Positions 11,638 to 25,231 of a DNA stretch of 64,000 bases are shown piece by piece. The notes beneath the pieces were generated by a model. The model made no database searches, was not told where the DNA came from, and worked only from the letters and a program-made list of their open reading frames with translations. Within the stretch, counting starts at the first letter, position 1. The number at the start of each line of letters is the position of its first letter. Origin of the DNA: Setoptus koraiensis (Eukaryota > Animalia > Arthropoda); NCBI GenBank assembly GCA_048013815.1, contig CM106586.1, positions 13,764,001 to 13,828,000 of the forward strand, written 5' to 3'. The position numbers were made by a program, and so were the translations under genes.

Positions 11638-14600
11638 CTCAGTTGACAACGCGCAACGCACAATCTGCTGCTAATTTATCTGGGCTAATTAAGGTCTCTC
11701 TTGTTTTAATCAATTTGATTCACAAGAAAAACATCTCAAATAAACAGAGACAACGAACGAAGCGTTAGCAAACAGGGAGGCCGCGTCGGTCGTGTAGGCA
11801 TACATCATCAACTTGTCGCTATATCAACTAAACTCTGATTAATGATTCTTTTTACGCTTGCATAAGAGAAGTCATTGGAGTGTTAATTAACTTAATTGAC
11901 TACTTTTGATTGCTACAGTACATGGCAGGCGCCATAGAGAGCGAGTTTTTTAACCAAGAGGTTCGCTCGACAGCTTAAGTGACACTAGGCACAACAAACT
12001 TTGAGTTGAAAACTCTCAGTTTGTTACAACAAGAATTCTGCTTATCCAAAGAACATTAATTATACCAACACTCACACACCTATTTGCGTCTTTATCCATC
12101 TCTCATATACGATATCTCTCATACATACACAGGGAAAAAATTGTTTTTGTTGTCAAATCGACATTGCTAATCACAGCGCTAATCTTTATCACTTCCTCAG
12201 CATCACATTATACAAATGCGGCCATAACACTAGGTGAGCCATCCTACTCGACTGTCTTGCGCCTCTATTACGCCCGTATTGTGCCTGTATCACGCCAGAC
12301 AGCGTCAGTTAGCTATAGTTAGCCAGCCATACAGCTTGACAGCGAGCTAGAACTATTGATCTAGCAAGCTAATTGAGTGACTAATTTGGTTGGCATAACT
12401 TTTCGGTTAGAAATTGTTTCGCCCATTTAGTGCGCATTTTTTTCGTCGTTTCGCATACGACGCCGCCGCCGCTCACAAATAGATTTAGATATACATGTAA
12501 TACGTAATAAGTACATCAATTGATACGTTGAGAATTGTATGCCAGTTACTCTGTGATGATGATATGTAAACTCTCTACAAATATACTCTATATAAATCTA
12601 TATATATATGACTTGGCAAATGGCGACAAACATGCAGCTAAATGGCATCGCTCAATTTTCGGAGCGGCTTTATTCGCTTTGCCGGCTCTGGCGGGTCCTC
12701 TGTGCCCATACGAGTGCCAGTACCAATCATAATACAATGTATGCAAACATTGTTGCACTTTATCCGTTTGTTTGTTTCATTCATACACTTTATCTACTCA
12801 CTTAATGTGTCTATTTGATGATGATGATGATGTCATCCGACAAACAGCTTTTACGTTCATACATTATATACAATTATGATACAATTATGCACGATGAACA
12901 CACATGATCTATTTCAAGAAAAAAAAACTGAGAATTCCGATGGCTTTTCCAGTGGCGTTATCACTTGCGAGTTTCTCCTAAGCAGACACAAACGTTACAC
13001 AATAGCACTATCATGGCGCATGTAAGCACCATCTTTGATTGATTGACTCTCTAATCTGTTATCTCTAATGTTGTTTCTTTTATATTTCTATTTTAGTTTT
13101 CATCAATTATAAATCCTTATCCTGCTGCTATCTCGGTGCAATAACCGAAAGAAAAATGCTAGCTCTATATCTATCACAACAACTACAAACTGAACCACAA
13201 ACAGACAACTGAACTAAAACGACAAAATATAAAACTACGCGACTCTCGCGACTTCGTTTAGTGAATGTTTGCTTGTGTGTCTGCCTAACTAGACTAATTG
13301 TATTGCTGAGGCCCCGAGGAATGTATCAATCATTCACGACGAGAATCGATAATTGTCGACGAGATAACTTATGAATGACGATTAACAACAACATTTATCG
13401 CAAACATAGAAAGTGTGACTGAAAAGTTGCCACAAGCCAAAAGAAAATTATGCAGATGAACTAGCGACGAAAAATAAACATCACCGAAATTGATGGCCTA
13501 GTTATTGATTCATTGATCATTAGTTGGCTCGATCAATCGTGTTCGAGAGGCGCATTTGTTGATGGCCAATAGCTGTTGTTTGCCATCAAACAAACACACG
13601 AAATGAAGGCAATTTGTTGTCTCTTTCACTCTTATCGACTTTCGATGACATTAAATTAAAATTTATAACGCTGCTAATGACATTACAAGTTACAATTGGC
13701 CGTGTCGACACTCGCACATATCGGCGCAAATGAAGTAAAATTTGCAATTGCGCTGACAGTTATATCATTCATCAATACAAATCGTTATATTTGTTGGCCA
13801 GTGTCGAAATAAATTGTCAGAAATAAATTTATTAATTTATTTCCGAACCGACTGCAGCTGTTGTCTGTGTCCATCGGCAATCATCCTTCGTATGCAAATA
13901 TCGTTATCGTTGACAGTGTATGATATATATTTATATCGGCAATGTCAAAATAGACAGGTGCTGCAATATATATATATCATGTCCGTGGCCAGTCATTACA
14001 ACTAGGCTACTTTGTTATGTTATATATCAGCTAATAGATAGATAGTCAATAGATGAGAGATGATAGATTGGTTACAGCTACTGTTAATAATAAGTGACAA
14101 GTGTAAACCGTCGACCAAACGAATGTACTGATGTATCGGTGAACACTACTTGAGAATGTAATGTTCACAAATGATATAATTTCTTTATGAATAAATATTC
14201 AACAAAATTTAAAACCAAAGTTGCTGTCCGACGATGAACAAGCTAGAACAGTTGCTGTTTGCTAACTAGCATAAATAAATAAGATTTTAACTGAATAAAT
14301 AGCTCGTTAACTGTTGTAGTGCTGACTCGCATAAAATGATTGATTGGTTGTGGGGCAGATTGGACTTTATTAATAGATTTAAATCTATTCTTGCAACTTT
14401 TATGCAATTATTATAATGAGCCCAGATCGTTATGGCGAATAATCCATCATCCTTGTCTACGAACTCTAACAGCATAATTGTTGCCGGCGCCTATACAAAA
14501 TGCCTTGCTCATTCGTTTGAGATAGCGCGCCGCGCGGTAATTTATTGATCCCCTCTACCTCTAATTAAAATTTAAATTGAACTGTTTGATTTATCTGCAC

Positions 14601-16475
14601 CTAAATGGTGCTTGTGTGTCTCAAATACTGTATTGTTGGCCATTTGTTGCGATTAAAAATCATTTCCACACTTCGGCCGCCCGCTGAAAGTTCTTTTCGG
14701 CCAAGGTACAAGTATAACTTGAATCGTAATGGAAATGTTGCCCTAACAAGAGCAAGAAATAAACTAAAACGCGACGTCTCATCTTTATCATCCCGACAGA
14801 TCTGATGAATTAAAGTGAGTGTGTGTGCGATCTAAAGTTGCAGATAAAATTTTGACAAAAATCACTTTGAAATTGACGAATTTTCAACTAGTAATTCTAT
14901 AGCGGCCAGTTGAGCGGCCAGGAAACAATCTATCGGTCTCTTTGATCGCGATGGTCGTTAAACATGTAAATGCGGCCAACAGGACTCAAAATACTATCTC
15001 AAAATACCGCTATAAATCACTAGTAATGGAATGAATAAAAATATTTTTGACTTTTTCTTGATTGCCTCCTCTCCCACGTCATTATCATCTAATAAAACTC
15101 ACAATACTATTTGAGCTATTATTAATTGTCATACATTTATTAATATGTCAACACCGTAGAACTGCTCTCCAATTTAAGTTTATCACATCAACAAGTTGTT
15201 ATAATCTAGCCCGCGAGTTATTTGCTGACTTGTTGCTATATTTTTGTTTACGTTCGCCACTCACGAACAAGTAAACTATGATCTACTCATGATACAATTT
15301 TTGTTATCTAAGAAATGCATTTTCATTGGACTCTCGTTAGTCTAGTGTATTAACTCGGATGGACCAAAATAAAATAGTTGCGCGTCTCGATATCTGGCAA
15401 ACAATCTATTTTTAGCGAGTTTTGTGTGTTGCATAGATAGCGTCTACCGATAGATTATTGTATCAGGACAATTTTCGGTCACCGGCACACACAAGAATCT
15501 GCTAGCTCGCAAGCAGATTTTGATTGATTATTACAATCAATGATATCTTTCAATTAGACAATTCCAATTAGTAGTTGGCTAAAGTCATTACTGATGTGAT
15601 TGAGCATCTTGGCAACAATTGTGCTGGTGTGCGCTTCATGAGTAGCGTAACAATTACCAGCCAATAACAATTGGCAGCATTATAATGGCATCTCTCGTTT
15701 TAAGAGATTGGATCGATCTTGATTATATCAAATGTATAAATGATGTCCCTTTTCTCTCTCTCTCTCTCTCTTCCTTGGTTACAGGCGCAATTGTTGTGCA
15801 ATCGATTAAATCAGATCATTCGTGAGATTGTGTTCGGTTTGTCAATATCAGTTGACGATAGACCAGACATATGGAGATGCTATTGCATTTCACAGTCACA
15901 TGTGTCACACCACAGGAGATTTACGAGTTACTAGTGAACGTATTTATTCAATTGATCCATTGGTTATTCCCTGTTTCAATCTGGGAGAATGGATTTATAT
16001 ACTGTATTGTAGTCAGATACCAATTAGTTGGCGATGCCCGTTGGAATCATCAAATTTTGTCTTATGAAAATTCATCTCATATCAATGAGATGCACAAAAA
16101 AATTGACAACATTGTAACAAACATGTAAATGGTGATGTGAATAATCAGCGGCAAGACTCAAAAATAAACTCTCCGATTGATGAGGTCAATCTCAATCATT
16201 AGTCAAACCCGAAGAATGTTAATCTCACACATAGGTATTTAAATTTTAACAAACACTGACCAGTGACAGGTGGACACCTTCATGAGTCATTTTCGACATA
16301 TATCAGCATTGAAAATGTTAAACATACTGACAACAGTTGGATTAGTCATCAAAATTAACGCATGCCATGCTATATTTCAGACAATAGATTTTCAAAATAG
16401 ACACAACAACCGGTGCTGAGAAATAAGAGACATACAGATATATTTGCCACAAGGCTTTACCGGAGTTTAATCAAT

Positions 16476-19400
16476 ATGGACGCTATTTTTGTATTTGATC
16501 CCAGTAACGATCTGGTATTCGTTAAGACAAACAAATTGTTTCGCAGCAAAATAATCAAATATTCGGTGTCTGTGGGTTTGCTTTGCGAATGGTCCTCGGC
16601 CTCCTCTTCAAGTTATTCATCTTCTATCAATGTTGACAGTGCCAGCCTAAACTCAGCCGACGATTTGGCCAACACTATGTCAATTAATAATAATCCAAGT
16701 AGGCATAAATTTAGACAATTTCGTCAAGCCCACAAGAATGATGAATTTATGATGCGAAGTCTCACCGATCAATCTCAAGAATATCAAAATATCATCATGT
16801 TACTACTGACTCCCTATGCCGCCTCATTGAGATTGGCCTCGTATAATGGAAATTCAAATTTGCCAATTAGTGCAACATGTTCAACAAGTGATTCTACTGA
16901 CGACAAACGAGCCGGAAATAGCAAGAGGCTCATTGGTAAGAATGTGGGCTCAATATTTGGCGCAAGACAGAGGATACGACGGCAACAACAGAGCAGTAGC
17001 GACACCATCTATAGTGGTCAGCAAGAGGACGATGACGAGGACGACTACGACGACAATGACAATGACAGAAATGACCACAACATGATAGACGATTTTAGCC
17101 TGAAAAGAAACAAAATGACCACTTGTCCGCCCCCCATAGATTGCCTGAAAGATTGTTCGGTTGCCTATTGCGAAAGATATGAATACATTTTCATTTACAT
17201 GTGCCAATCTTCAACAAACAAAACGAAAGCTAGTCTATTGTGCGAAAGAATGATGCAAAAAAGAATAGATATTTTTGCCAGAATGTCTCTATTATTGTTT
17301 GGTGCATCATTAAGCTCAATGAAAAGAGAAACAAGACAAGCACTGGCCTTGCGTCAGCTATTTGATAATTGGTTCGGTCGGCAACACGACACAATATTTC
17401 TCATTGAGGTAAGTAATCTATGTTGCACTACTCGGTATCCTCTATTGATTAGCATTAGTCACATGATAATTTATCTTTCTAATTATTTTCCCAAATATTC
17501 TTTCATCATAACTTGTGGCATGCGGCTGAAAAAATGCTCACACAAATTGATGATACCGATGCTAAATTCGCTGATTTCGCCTTTACGTTGGACGATACCG
17601 AAACTGGCGGATTTGGCGTTGTTACTGTTATTATTGCATTAATTCATCATCATTCACCTACGAAAAAAAAAATCGTAATATTGAACCGATGCAACGTTGT
17701 TGTTGATCAATGATCACGAATGACTAAACAAATCACCATTTGAATGAATCACGAACATCTACTACTGTAACAACCGCAAATTATTTACCACACAATCATA
17801 TCAATGCTGCTAAACACACGATGATTGCTTTTGGTCGTAATTTTTTTCTCTCATGTCGCTTCTATATGATGGATGGTGACTGAATACGAATCGCACATTA
17901 TAAATCGCAATTTGCAATTCGCAAATTATAAAATTAATAATAACACCATTGCCATGCATGAAATGATTGCCAACAACTTGTTACTTTTTGGCTCGCTTTC
18001 ATCTCATCATCTGAAACTACACACCACAAAAGGCATTGGAGCGACTCATCGTAAGCGACAATGTAAAAGAGGCTTGCTATCAATCTATGCAATCTTTTTT
18101 AAATATAGTCCGTCAATCAAAATCAGCAACAACAACAACCGATGAAACCTATACACAGGCAATGCTTTTCTCAGATACAAAACTAATAACAAGCTCATCA
18201 TGGTAAGTACACACATAGATAAATCATTTTTCTAGTTCATTTAGTAGATAACATTTCATCATGCAGCTTTGTCTAGTGGTTATTATTGCAAATTGTATTC
18301 AGTTGAATTACTTCTAATCGCTATTGAGCGAGTCTATCACACCCACGCGCTAATGTTAGCAACAAACCAGGGCTGGTCGCCGCCTATAGCAACTGTTCGG
18401 CGTCAAGAAAAGGGCGAGAATTCCCAGAAACAGTTTAGGTCTTGGTGTATTTTTTCTTTTCCATAGGTCATTTTTGGAAAGAAAAAAACTGCCTTCTCGA
18501 AATGGGGCTATGCCTTTCCGAAAATCGTCTCAGCTCTTATAACATCATTCACGATGTGAGTTCGTCCAAACACAACAATTTCGAATAGATGGACAGATAC
18601 TAACTCTCAATCGAGAATCTTCTGTCGCGAATTTTCTGGTCTTACGTGCTGCTCGGTCACATGATGTCGTGTGTCCGAATGCGCCGTGAAATTTTCACAA
18701 CTCTCTTGTGACAATGGCAGTGTGAACGCCCACGGTGCCTTCTAACCTATTTACCATAACCAATCTTGCCTAATGATAACATCTCGAATGAATTCTATTC
18801 TGAATTCAGCCCATAAACGCAACATCTTTTATCTAATTTCGTACATTTCGTTTTATTTCACTTCCTTCGAAAAACAACAACAAAACATGAAATTGTTTTT
18901 TCGGCCAGTCGCAACTGCCGATGCATCAATAAAGAAGATATGCTCATGATTGTTATGCTGCTTAGAGTGTTCAATATGTGGCATAATAAACCATTGAGCA
19001 TGAGCGATGAGAAAGAAAACGATTCGGATGAAGAGGAGCGACAAAATGTAAAATTGAACATGTCCAATGAGTCGGGCAACGAAGACGCTGACGATGAAGA
19101 CGAATACTCGGGCCGGCGTGTCTCGCTATGTGATCGTCGAGACACAACAACTCCAACTGGCGCCTTGTGTAACCAAATCAACTGTTCGCATTCCCGGGAA
19201 ACGACGACAGTTGGAGACCATTCAAATCGGCATTTAGACGATGGCGAGCAAGACAAGGATGATCTCATAAGGATGACAAAACAGAAATGTGCCACTTCAG
19301 AGCCCAATCATCAATGCATGGCGTCGTTTGACAGTTACGACAAACATAGTGAAAATTCCGAAGTAACCTATTTGAGTGATTATGCAAGAAGCAAGCATAC

Positions 19401-22256
19401 TAATGAGATAGTGATGGTCAAGCACCAAGAAAGAAAACATCGAGAATTCGGAGAGAATGAAAACAAAACTATACCCTGTTATTGTTGTGATTATGACCGA
19501 ACGACGCAGACGACGCTCAGGCGGCAAAGGATGGCGAAAAAACAGAGCAAAGGTTTCGTTCATTCAAACAAGAAAACATCCGCGCAACCATTTCCAGATA
19601 GTCTGCTGATATTTTTATCCATATTAGATAAATCGATTCAGCAATCCATTATGGTACCTCACATGATAAGATTTATATCGTTGACCTCAGGTGTGACTGT
19701 GGTACTCATAAGTGAGGTGAGTATGACATGTGTCAGATATCGGATTGCTTTCACTTTAGATTATTTATGCAAAAGTCAGTTAATGTCAATTGAATCGTCT
19801 CGTGAATTATGTGCATGATCTAACCTTACACCCATATGTTCCTAATGATATAACTGACATAAAATGTATTTTCTAGGTGCCAACTTCAACGCTCGGTTTT
19901 CATCTCAACAAGATACTTGCATTATTGAGAAACGATTCTAATCAAGCGCCTGGAGGCAAAATTAATCTCAATCAGGTTGCCAAGATCGGTGATAGTATTA
20001 AAGCGATGAAGGAATACTTTTACTCCATTACGGCTACCAATGAATCTAATGAAAAGAAGAAATCTGTACAGAATTTAGAAAAGCGATCATCATTGCTATT
20101 GTTAGACCGGAGCTTTGACGTTTCAAAAATTTCCACTTTTGGAACTTTCGATTCGAATAGAAGACAGAAATGCGAATCTTTATTCACTAAATTGGAATAT
20201 TTAATGAGCACCATTGTACATCAATACATTACCCAATTAGTTGGACTTCATTGCGACAATCCCAAGCGTGAGGCATTGCTAGCGAATATACGTGAATCAC
20301 TACGAGAGGCCATAGATCTATTCGTGATAAAATATCAATTGAGCCTGACAGATCCGAAACAATCCCAATACAATCAGACACAGAGTGAACAAATCAATCA
20401 AGCTAAATTAATGCTTACTAGTTTAATCAGTAATTATATAGATTTCCTAGCGATAAGATCTCAATGTAACATAAATCTAGGACATCCCTATACTCATGAT
20501 ACTCTTGGTCTCATGTCTTTCGTCTATATTGATCGTTCGAGAAATGAATGTATAATTTCAGCATCAAGTATGAAAAAAGCAATCGCCGAGAATCGCACAA
20601 ACAATGACAAAACAACAATATTATCTAGCTCAGAGAGTATGTATGCCAATAATAGATAGATAATAAATGATTTTGCTTCAAGATCAATTGATTTTTCCTA
20701 TCTTAGAATGAAACTAATCTAACAAAAATAATTTTCAACAATCCACCACCAACAATAAAAAATCTTCTTCATTATTTTTCCGTTTAGAAGATATGAAAGA
20801 TGAAGAAGAGCAACTAGGAACATCACCAGAGTGTTCAATTTTATCTTGTAACTCATCTTCGACATTGACATCAGACTCAACAGATGAATCATTGGGGCCT
20901 AATAGCCGATTCAAGCTCAAACTACCAATTCATTACAGTGACAGTGGTTACAAAAGTAGAAGGAAATACCAGAAGAAAGATCCCTTGCCAAAAGGAACAC
21001 AACGAGCCGAGGATGATCTTGGAAGCTTTGTGAGCTTTATTTATAATCGGCTCGCCAATGGGCACAGTTCATTTTCAAGTAACCACGGCCTACACATTTA
21101 TTCCTACTTCCTGTGGTTCGAAGATACCTCGGTTAGATTTTGTCCCTTTTTCACTACCATTCCAACTTTTTCTGGTCTTTCGATATTCATCTCACAGAAA
21201 CACACCAATCTTGGGCGTTATATGAGTTTAAACGCATCATTGCTCTGATTCAATAATCGATCGTATTAGGAGTAATTAAGTCAGCCAATTAACCAACAGA
21301 TGATATACTGCGTACGCGTAGCATTTCCGCTGATTAATTTTTCGTGCAAACGTTTCCGTTGTCATCGAGAAAAATCTTTCTCTCACAAATAATCTGATTC
21401 AGAGAGAAGGAGGCGTTTCGACTTTTCATTGGACAATTTTCCAATGAAACAGGTCTACCGAAGAACAAGAAAGCTTTTCAAAAGCTTTAATGACTCAGTA
21501 GACTGTCACCTTTTTGTGAAATGGGAATCTTCAGTCCGTATTCACCAACTTTTCTCTCCCGTGTTCATAAAGGATCGATTCTCAATAATCCGATATCTGA
21601 ACCAGATTCAATGTTCGGATTCACAAATTAGAGTGACGCTCTCCGTTGACTCTTTACAAAGATTTGAAATTTCGGTTCTAATGTGTGACTTTTCTTATTG
21701 AGCTGCCAAGAAAAAGATTTCTTTTTTTTTGCGTTATTTGCTTGGATATATGCGTGTTAAGACACTCTCATTCCCTTTTTTCCCTAAAAACAGTATTATT
21801 AATTCAGCATCTCCATTTGTATCCTGATGGATTAAACAGGGCCAACCAATTATGCTGCAACTAAAGTCAAAAGACACTGTCTTTGGTGGGATACGAGAAG
21901 AATATTGCTCCTTCCCTAATGTTATTTGCGACAATTTTTTCGATCAATTGACTAGAAGAGTTAGCAGTTGTCTGGGCCAGATCAAACATGAAGGCGACCG
22001 AACCAATCAAGCTGATGGCCCCAAAAGCGAAAGTGCTTGCAAAAGCGAGGATAGGTGGCCAGATTTCAAGGGTGGTGGACAAGACCATAGAAAAGAAACA
22101 GTGGTGCTGGATGATCGAAATCAACATGAGATAATGTGCTTTGAGCTATTTTGTGTACATATGTCGTCTCAAATTAAGCATCGGCGCCAAATTTTGATTG
22201 ATGCTAAGAAACTGGCAGCTAGATTGTGGTACTTAAGTAGAATCAAGGGAGCCTAA
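16476..22256 (+). CDS. HPS1: Hermansky-Pudlak syndrome 1 (BLOC-3 subunit) homolog, 6 exons, about 1143 aa
   Basis: Exons 16476-17408, 18033-18202, 18909-19716, 19877-20636, 20788-21131 and 21840-22256 all have GT..AG introns with matching phases (0,2,0,1,0), totalling 3432 nt. HPS1-like motifs: N-terminal MDAIFVFDPSNDLVF, IE|ALERLIV, AMLFSDTKLI, EDMLMIVMLL, VPHMIRFISLTSGVTVVLISE, YSYFLWFED, and C-terminal CFELFCVH...AKKLAARLW. Confidence 0.9.
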
Positions 22257-22882
22257 CTGGCGTCGATGAAATGAATGATTAGTAGAGACAACCAAATTGG
22301 AGCTCATTATCAAATAATTTCAGTGAAAGCATAGGCATATACCGATGGTAATTGGATACAATCCCTCAAGAGCTGAGATGCACAGTCTATATCGTGCGAT
22401 AGAATACTGGAGCATGGAGATATTACTTATTTATGAAAAGAACGCATTTTTTATCCAACTTGCGTAGTTTGCATTGTATTGTATAGTGTCTTATTGTTTT
22501 GCTCCAAAATGTTTCCGACCTCGTGCATTTGTAGCACATGATTCGGCAAAATCTATCGAAATGTCCATGCAACGATCACGCTTATAATCGAGAGTTGCTG
22601 TTTTTTACATTATGATCGGTGACAGTGAGGGAGGGAGAGAGAGAATGTAGTGAGTTCGATGGATCATAATAACGATGTTTCAGGGGCGAATAGAGCACAA
22701 GGGGGGGAATGGCTTCAGATAGACTCGTGTCATGGATACAAAATCCACCAAAGGCATGGCAAGGTAACAAAACACATCAAAACTTGCTGTTGTGACATTC
22801 TGATTGCTATTTATAATCCTATTCCAACATCACCGGACTTTCGAAAATTGATATAAAAGTGCTGGCCGCTTTTCGATCGATC

Positions 22883-22888
22883 TATAAA
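22883..22888 (+). promoter_or_regulatory. TATA box (TATAAA) of secreted Cys-rich gene; also present in copies at 28189-28194 and 29077-29082
   Basis: TATAAA lies about 130 bp upstream of the ATG at 23016, inside a block conserved in three copies. Confidence 0.5.
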
Positions 22889-23015
22889 TCGTGTCCAATG
22901 ATAAAACACACCATATCTACAATCATCTATTTCTACAAAGAGTTATCTCTAGAAAATTTTCCTGATAACAAAATACCACGTCAGCCAACTTGTGCAAACT
23001 AACTCGTAATCTACA

Positions 23016-23471
23016 ATGCATATCGCAATCAAATTAACACTGATCTGCGCCATCTCGATGGTTGCATTCTCTTGTTTGGTATCGGCTGATGATGCCAGAT
23101 TGCAAGAATGCCAGTCGGAGTTGTCGGAACTGCAAGAATCTCTCCAATGGGTCCTTTCGACAGGTAAACAGAAACAATTGAAGGGACCATTGCAAAAAGA
23201 GATAACCGCCAAGATGGCGGAGTGCGAAAGAATAGCCCAAGGTCAAGAGCCAGAAGTTGAAGAGCCAGAAGTTCGAAAGCCAGAAGTTCAAGAGCCAGTG
23301 GTTGAAAGGGTTAGAATGTCATGGCCATCGGATGAATGTAGATTTTTCATGGGATACGAAAATTCTGAGCATCATCAGCAAATATGCGACGACTGTTGTA
23401 AAAAATATGATGAAGTTGGTGGGGTGATGTTCAATGAATGCCGCTGTTATCCCAAAAAGTGGAATAAATAA
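23016..23471 (+). CDS. Small secreted Cys-rich protein, paralogue A (151 aa)
   Basis: Intronless ORF with signal peptide (MHIAIKLTLICAISMVAFSCLVSA), a helical segment bounded by two Cys, an EPEV-repeat linker and a C-terminal C-x15-CxxCC-x13-CxC domain. An intact paralogue lies at 29212. Confidence 0.85.
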   Translation: MHIAIKLTLICAISMVAFSCLVSADDARLQECQSELSELQESLQWVLSTGKQKQLKGPLQKEITAKMAECERIAQGQEPEVEEPEVRKPEVQEPVVERVRMSWPSDECRFFMGYENSEHHQQICDDCCKKYDEVGGVMFNECRCYPKKWNK

Positions 23472-23846
23472 TGAATCAAATAAATCTGTGAGATAACGCT
23501 CCAACAATGTACAGTCATCCGCGCATGACTACTAATAATCAATGTCCACTGTTCTCTCATAGTATTGAGGTACTATGAGTAATCTAAAATCATTCTGACA
23601 ACGTTTGCTTCACTAAGAATATGCACCTTGTAAGCTGGTTTATTTAGATAAGTGTAAGGCAAGGTGTTGTCATGTTTTGTGATTTATGTTAATCTGGAGT
23701 TAAATATCTATTATTGATATTGATTATTATAGGCAAACTCTTTTCTTTGAGTGCGTTTAAGAAGCCCAGATGTCGAAACAGATCAGAGTCACATATTGGG
23801 TTTTTATTCTCACTATCTGGTTCCACAACAAAGAATCACATTCAGA

Positions 23847-24575
23847 CTATTTTTTAGAACCTGATTGGCATAGTGTCGCCGGTTGCAACTGGTCACTCTC
23901 TTTTGTTGGTTGATCGGATGCTGTAGTAGCGGCCATTGAGGGATCCCATTTAGACAGATCAACACGGAACAGGCCGTTTAGTGGATCAACGACATATAAG
24001 TGATGCTCGTCAGGTGACAATCGCAATCCTAGTGGGCGCGAACAGCGCGATATTATGATATTTGTGGGTGAATATTGGGCTTGCTCGCCGTAAAAGCGAA
24101 CGTCTGAATCGCAATGGTGAAAATTGGTCGCTGTTTCGGACGTTGTTGCATCCATATGGTCACTTTGATTGGCTTGATAAATGGTCGATGGGCTATTCAA
24201 CATGGCCACCACAGTGGTCGTGTTTCGTCTCGAGTCTACATACAATATAAAACCACCTTCAACTCCCGTGTAAAAGTTGCCCGACAAATCCTCTGCCGAC
24301 GCTTCCGGCGATCTGATTTGGCCCTCAAATAATATCTCGGCGCTGTCCAATTCATCTGAGAATTGATTAGGAAATGAGGCCTTCTCATAGAAACGACGGG
24401 GGTCAAAACTGGGCTCGAATGGTGGCTGAGGCATATAATAGATGAGCAAACCAAATAAAGTTTTGCTTATGAGGAACCATATGAGAAAGCGAAATACGTT
24501 ACAATAGGATTCTTTTATGGTATCACGTTTTACATCCCGTTTGCTACCTCGGGAAAGGTAGCTTCCCATTTCCAT
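23847..24575 (-). pseudogene. Truncated, chimeric duplicate of APMAP (open 242-aa ORF)
   Basis: 24508-23871 is almost identical to 33192-32556. New N-terminus comes from flanking DNA. A roughly 1.17-kb internal deletion removes most of the propeller. Confidence 0.75.
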
Positions 24576-24679
24576 TTTCCATTATGAAACAGGGAGATCG
24601 AATCATCCACATCCAAAATGGGAATGAGAACGGGAAAAAGGGAAACATCTTCTTTCGGAATTGATTTTGGCGCGCACAT

Positions 24680-24745
24680 TCTGGGGCCCCTAAATTCGCC
24701 ACCCGAACCGCCCAAAACCGCCCAAAATTGAGCATGCGCACCCTG
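24680..24745 (-). mobile_element. Possible hAT-like terminus fragment
   Basis: The minus strand begins CAGGGTGCGCATG and is followed by GGGCGG(T/TTT) subterminal repeats. No partner TIR or TSD was found. Confidence 0.3.
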
Positions 24746-25231
24746 GGTGGCAATCCACCCGTATCACCACTGAAAACATATATTTCCGTGTGAGCAAGAA
24801 AAGGTCTATCAAAATCTCAACTAGAGCCCGATTTTTGGAACAATCACGCTATTTTTGAACTCAATGGTTGGGTCGCAGGAAGTTGATATTTACTAAAGGA
24901 GAAATGTCACGATAGTAGTCACGAAGGTTTCAAATCAATGAAGGAATGAAATTCTGTGTGGTTGGGTCGATTTTCGATTAGTCTTCGGCATGAATGCAGG
25001 AATATCTGAGATGTGAGATGCGAGCGTGAGAGTGAGAAGTGTGAGCAAAATTTTCTCCTGTTGAGGGCATCGCACGTGTGAGTGGTATATTTGTTGTATT
25101 TTCTACGTGCGTTAGATTGAACAAATTGCAGAGAAAACTGTATCATGGCTGCAACATTTTGCGCCCGCTCACCATAAAAGAATTCATCTGCTTTAATGAA
25201 AATCTAATAATGGCCTCCGACGAAACCTTAA

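Larger units (their letters stand above)
22229..24508. repeat. Left copy of segmental duplication, matching 28400-29753 + 31034-31387 + 32556-33192
   Basis: Near-identical sequence on direct comparison. Junctions are visible at 23545/23546 and about 23871. Confidence 0.9.

Noticed and set aside
6525-11640. Tandem arrays as CRISPR-like repeats
   Set aside because: No unique spacers, the context is eukaryotic, and the units are head-to-tail slippage repeats.
16413-17642. 409-aa single ORF as a complete gene
   Set aside because: It is exon 1 of HPS1 read through the donor at 17409; HPS1 homology resumes at 18033.
17513-17713. 66-aa ORF inside HPS1 intron 1 as an extra exon
   Set aside because: The HPS1 alignment is continuous without it (IE|ALERL) and I found no convincing splice sites.
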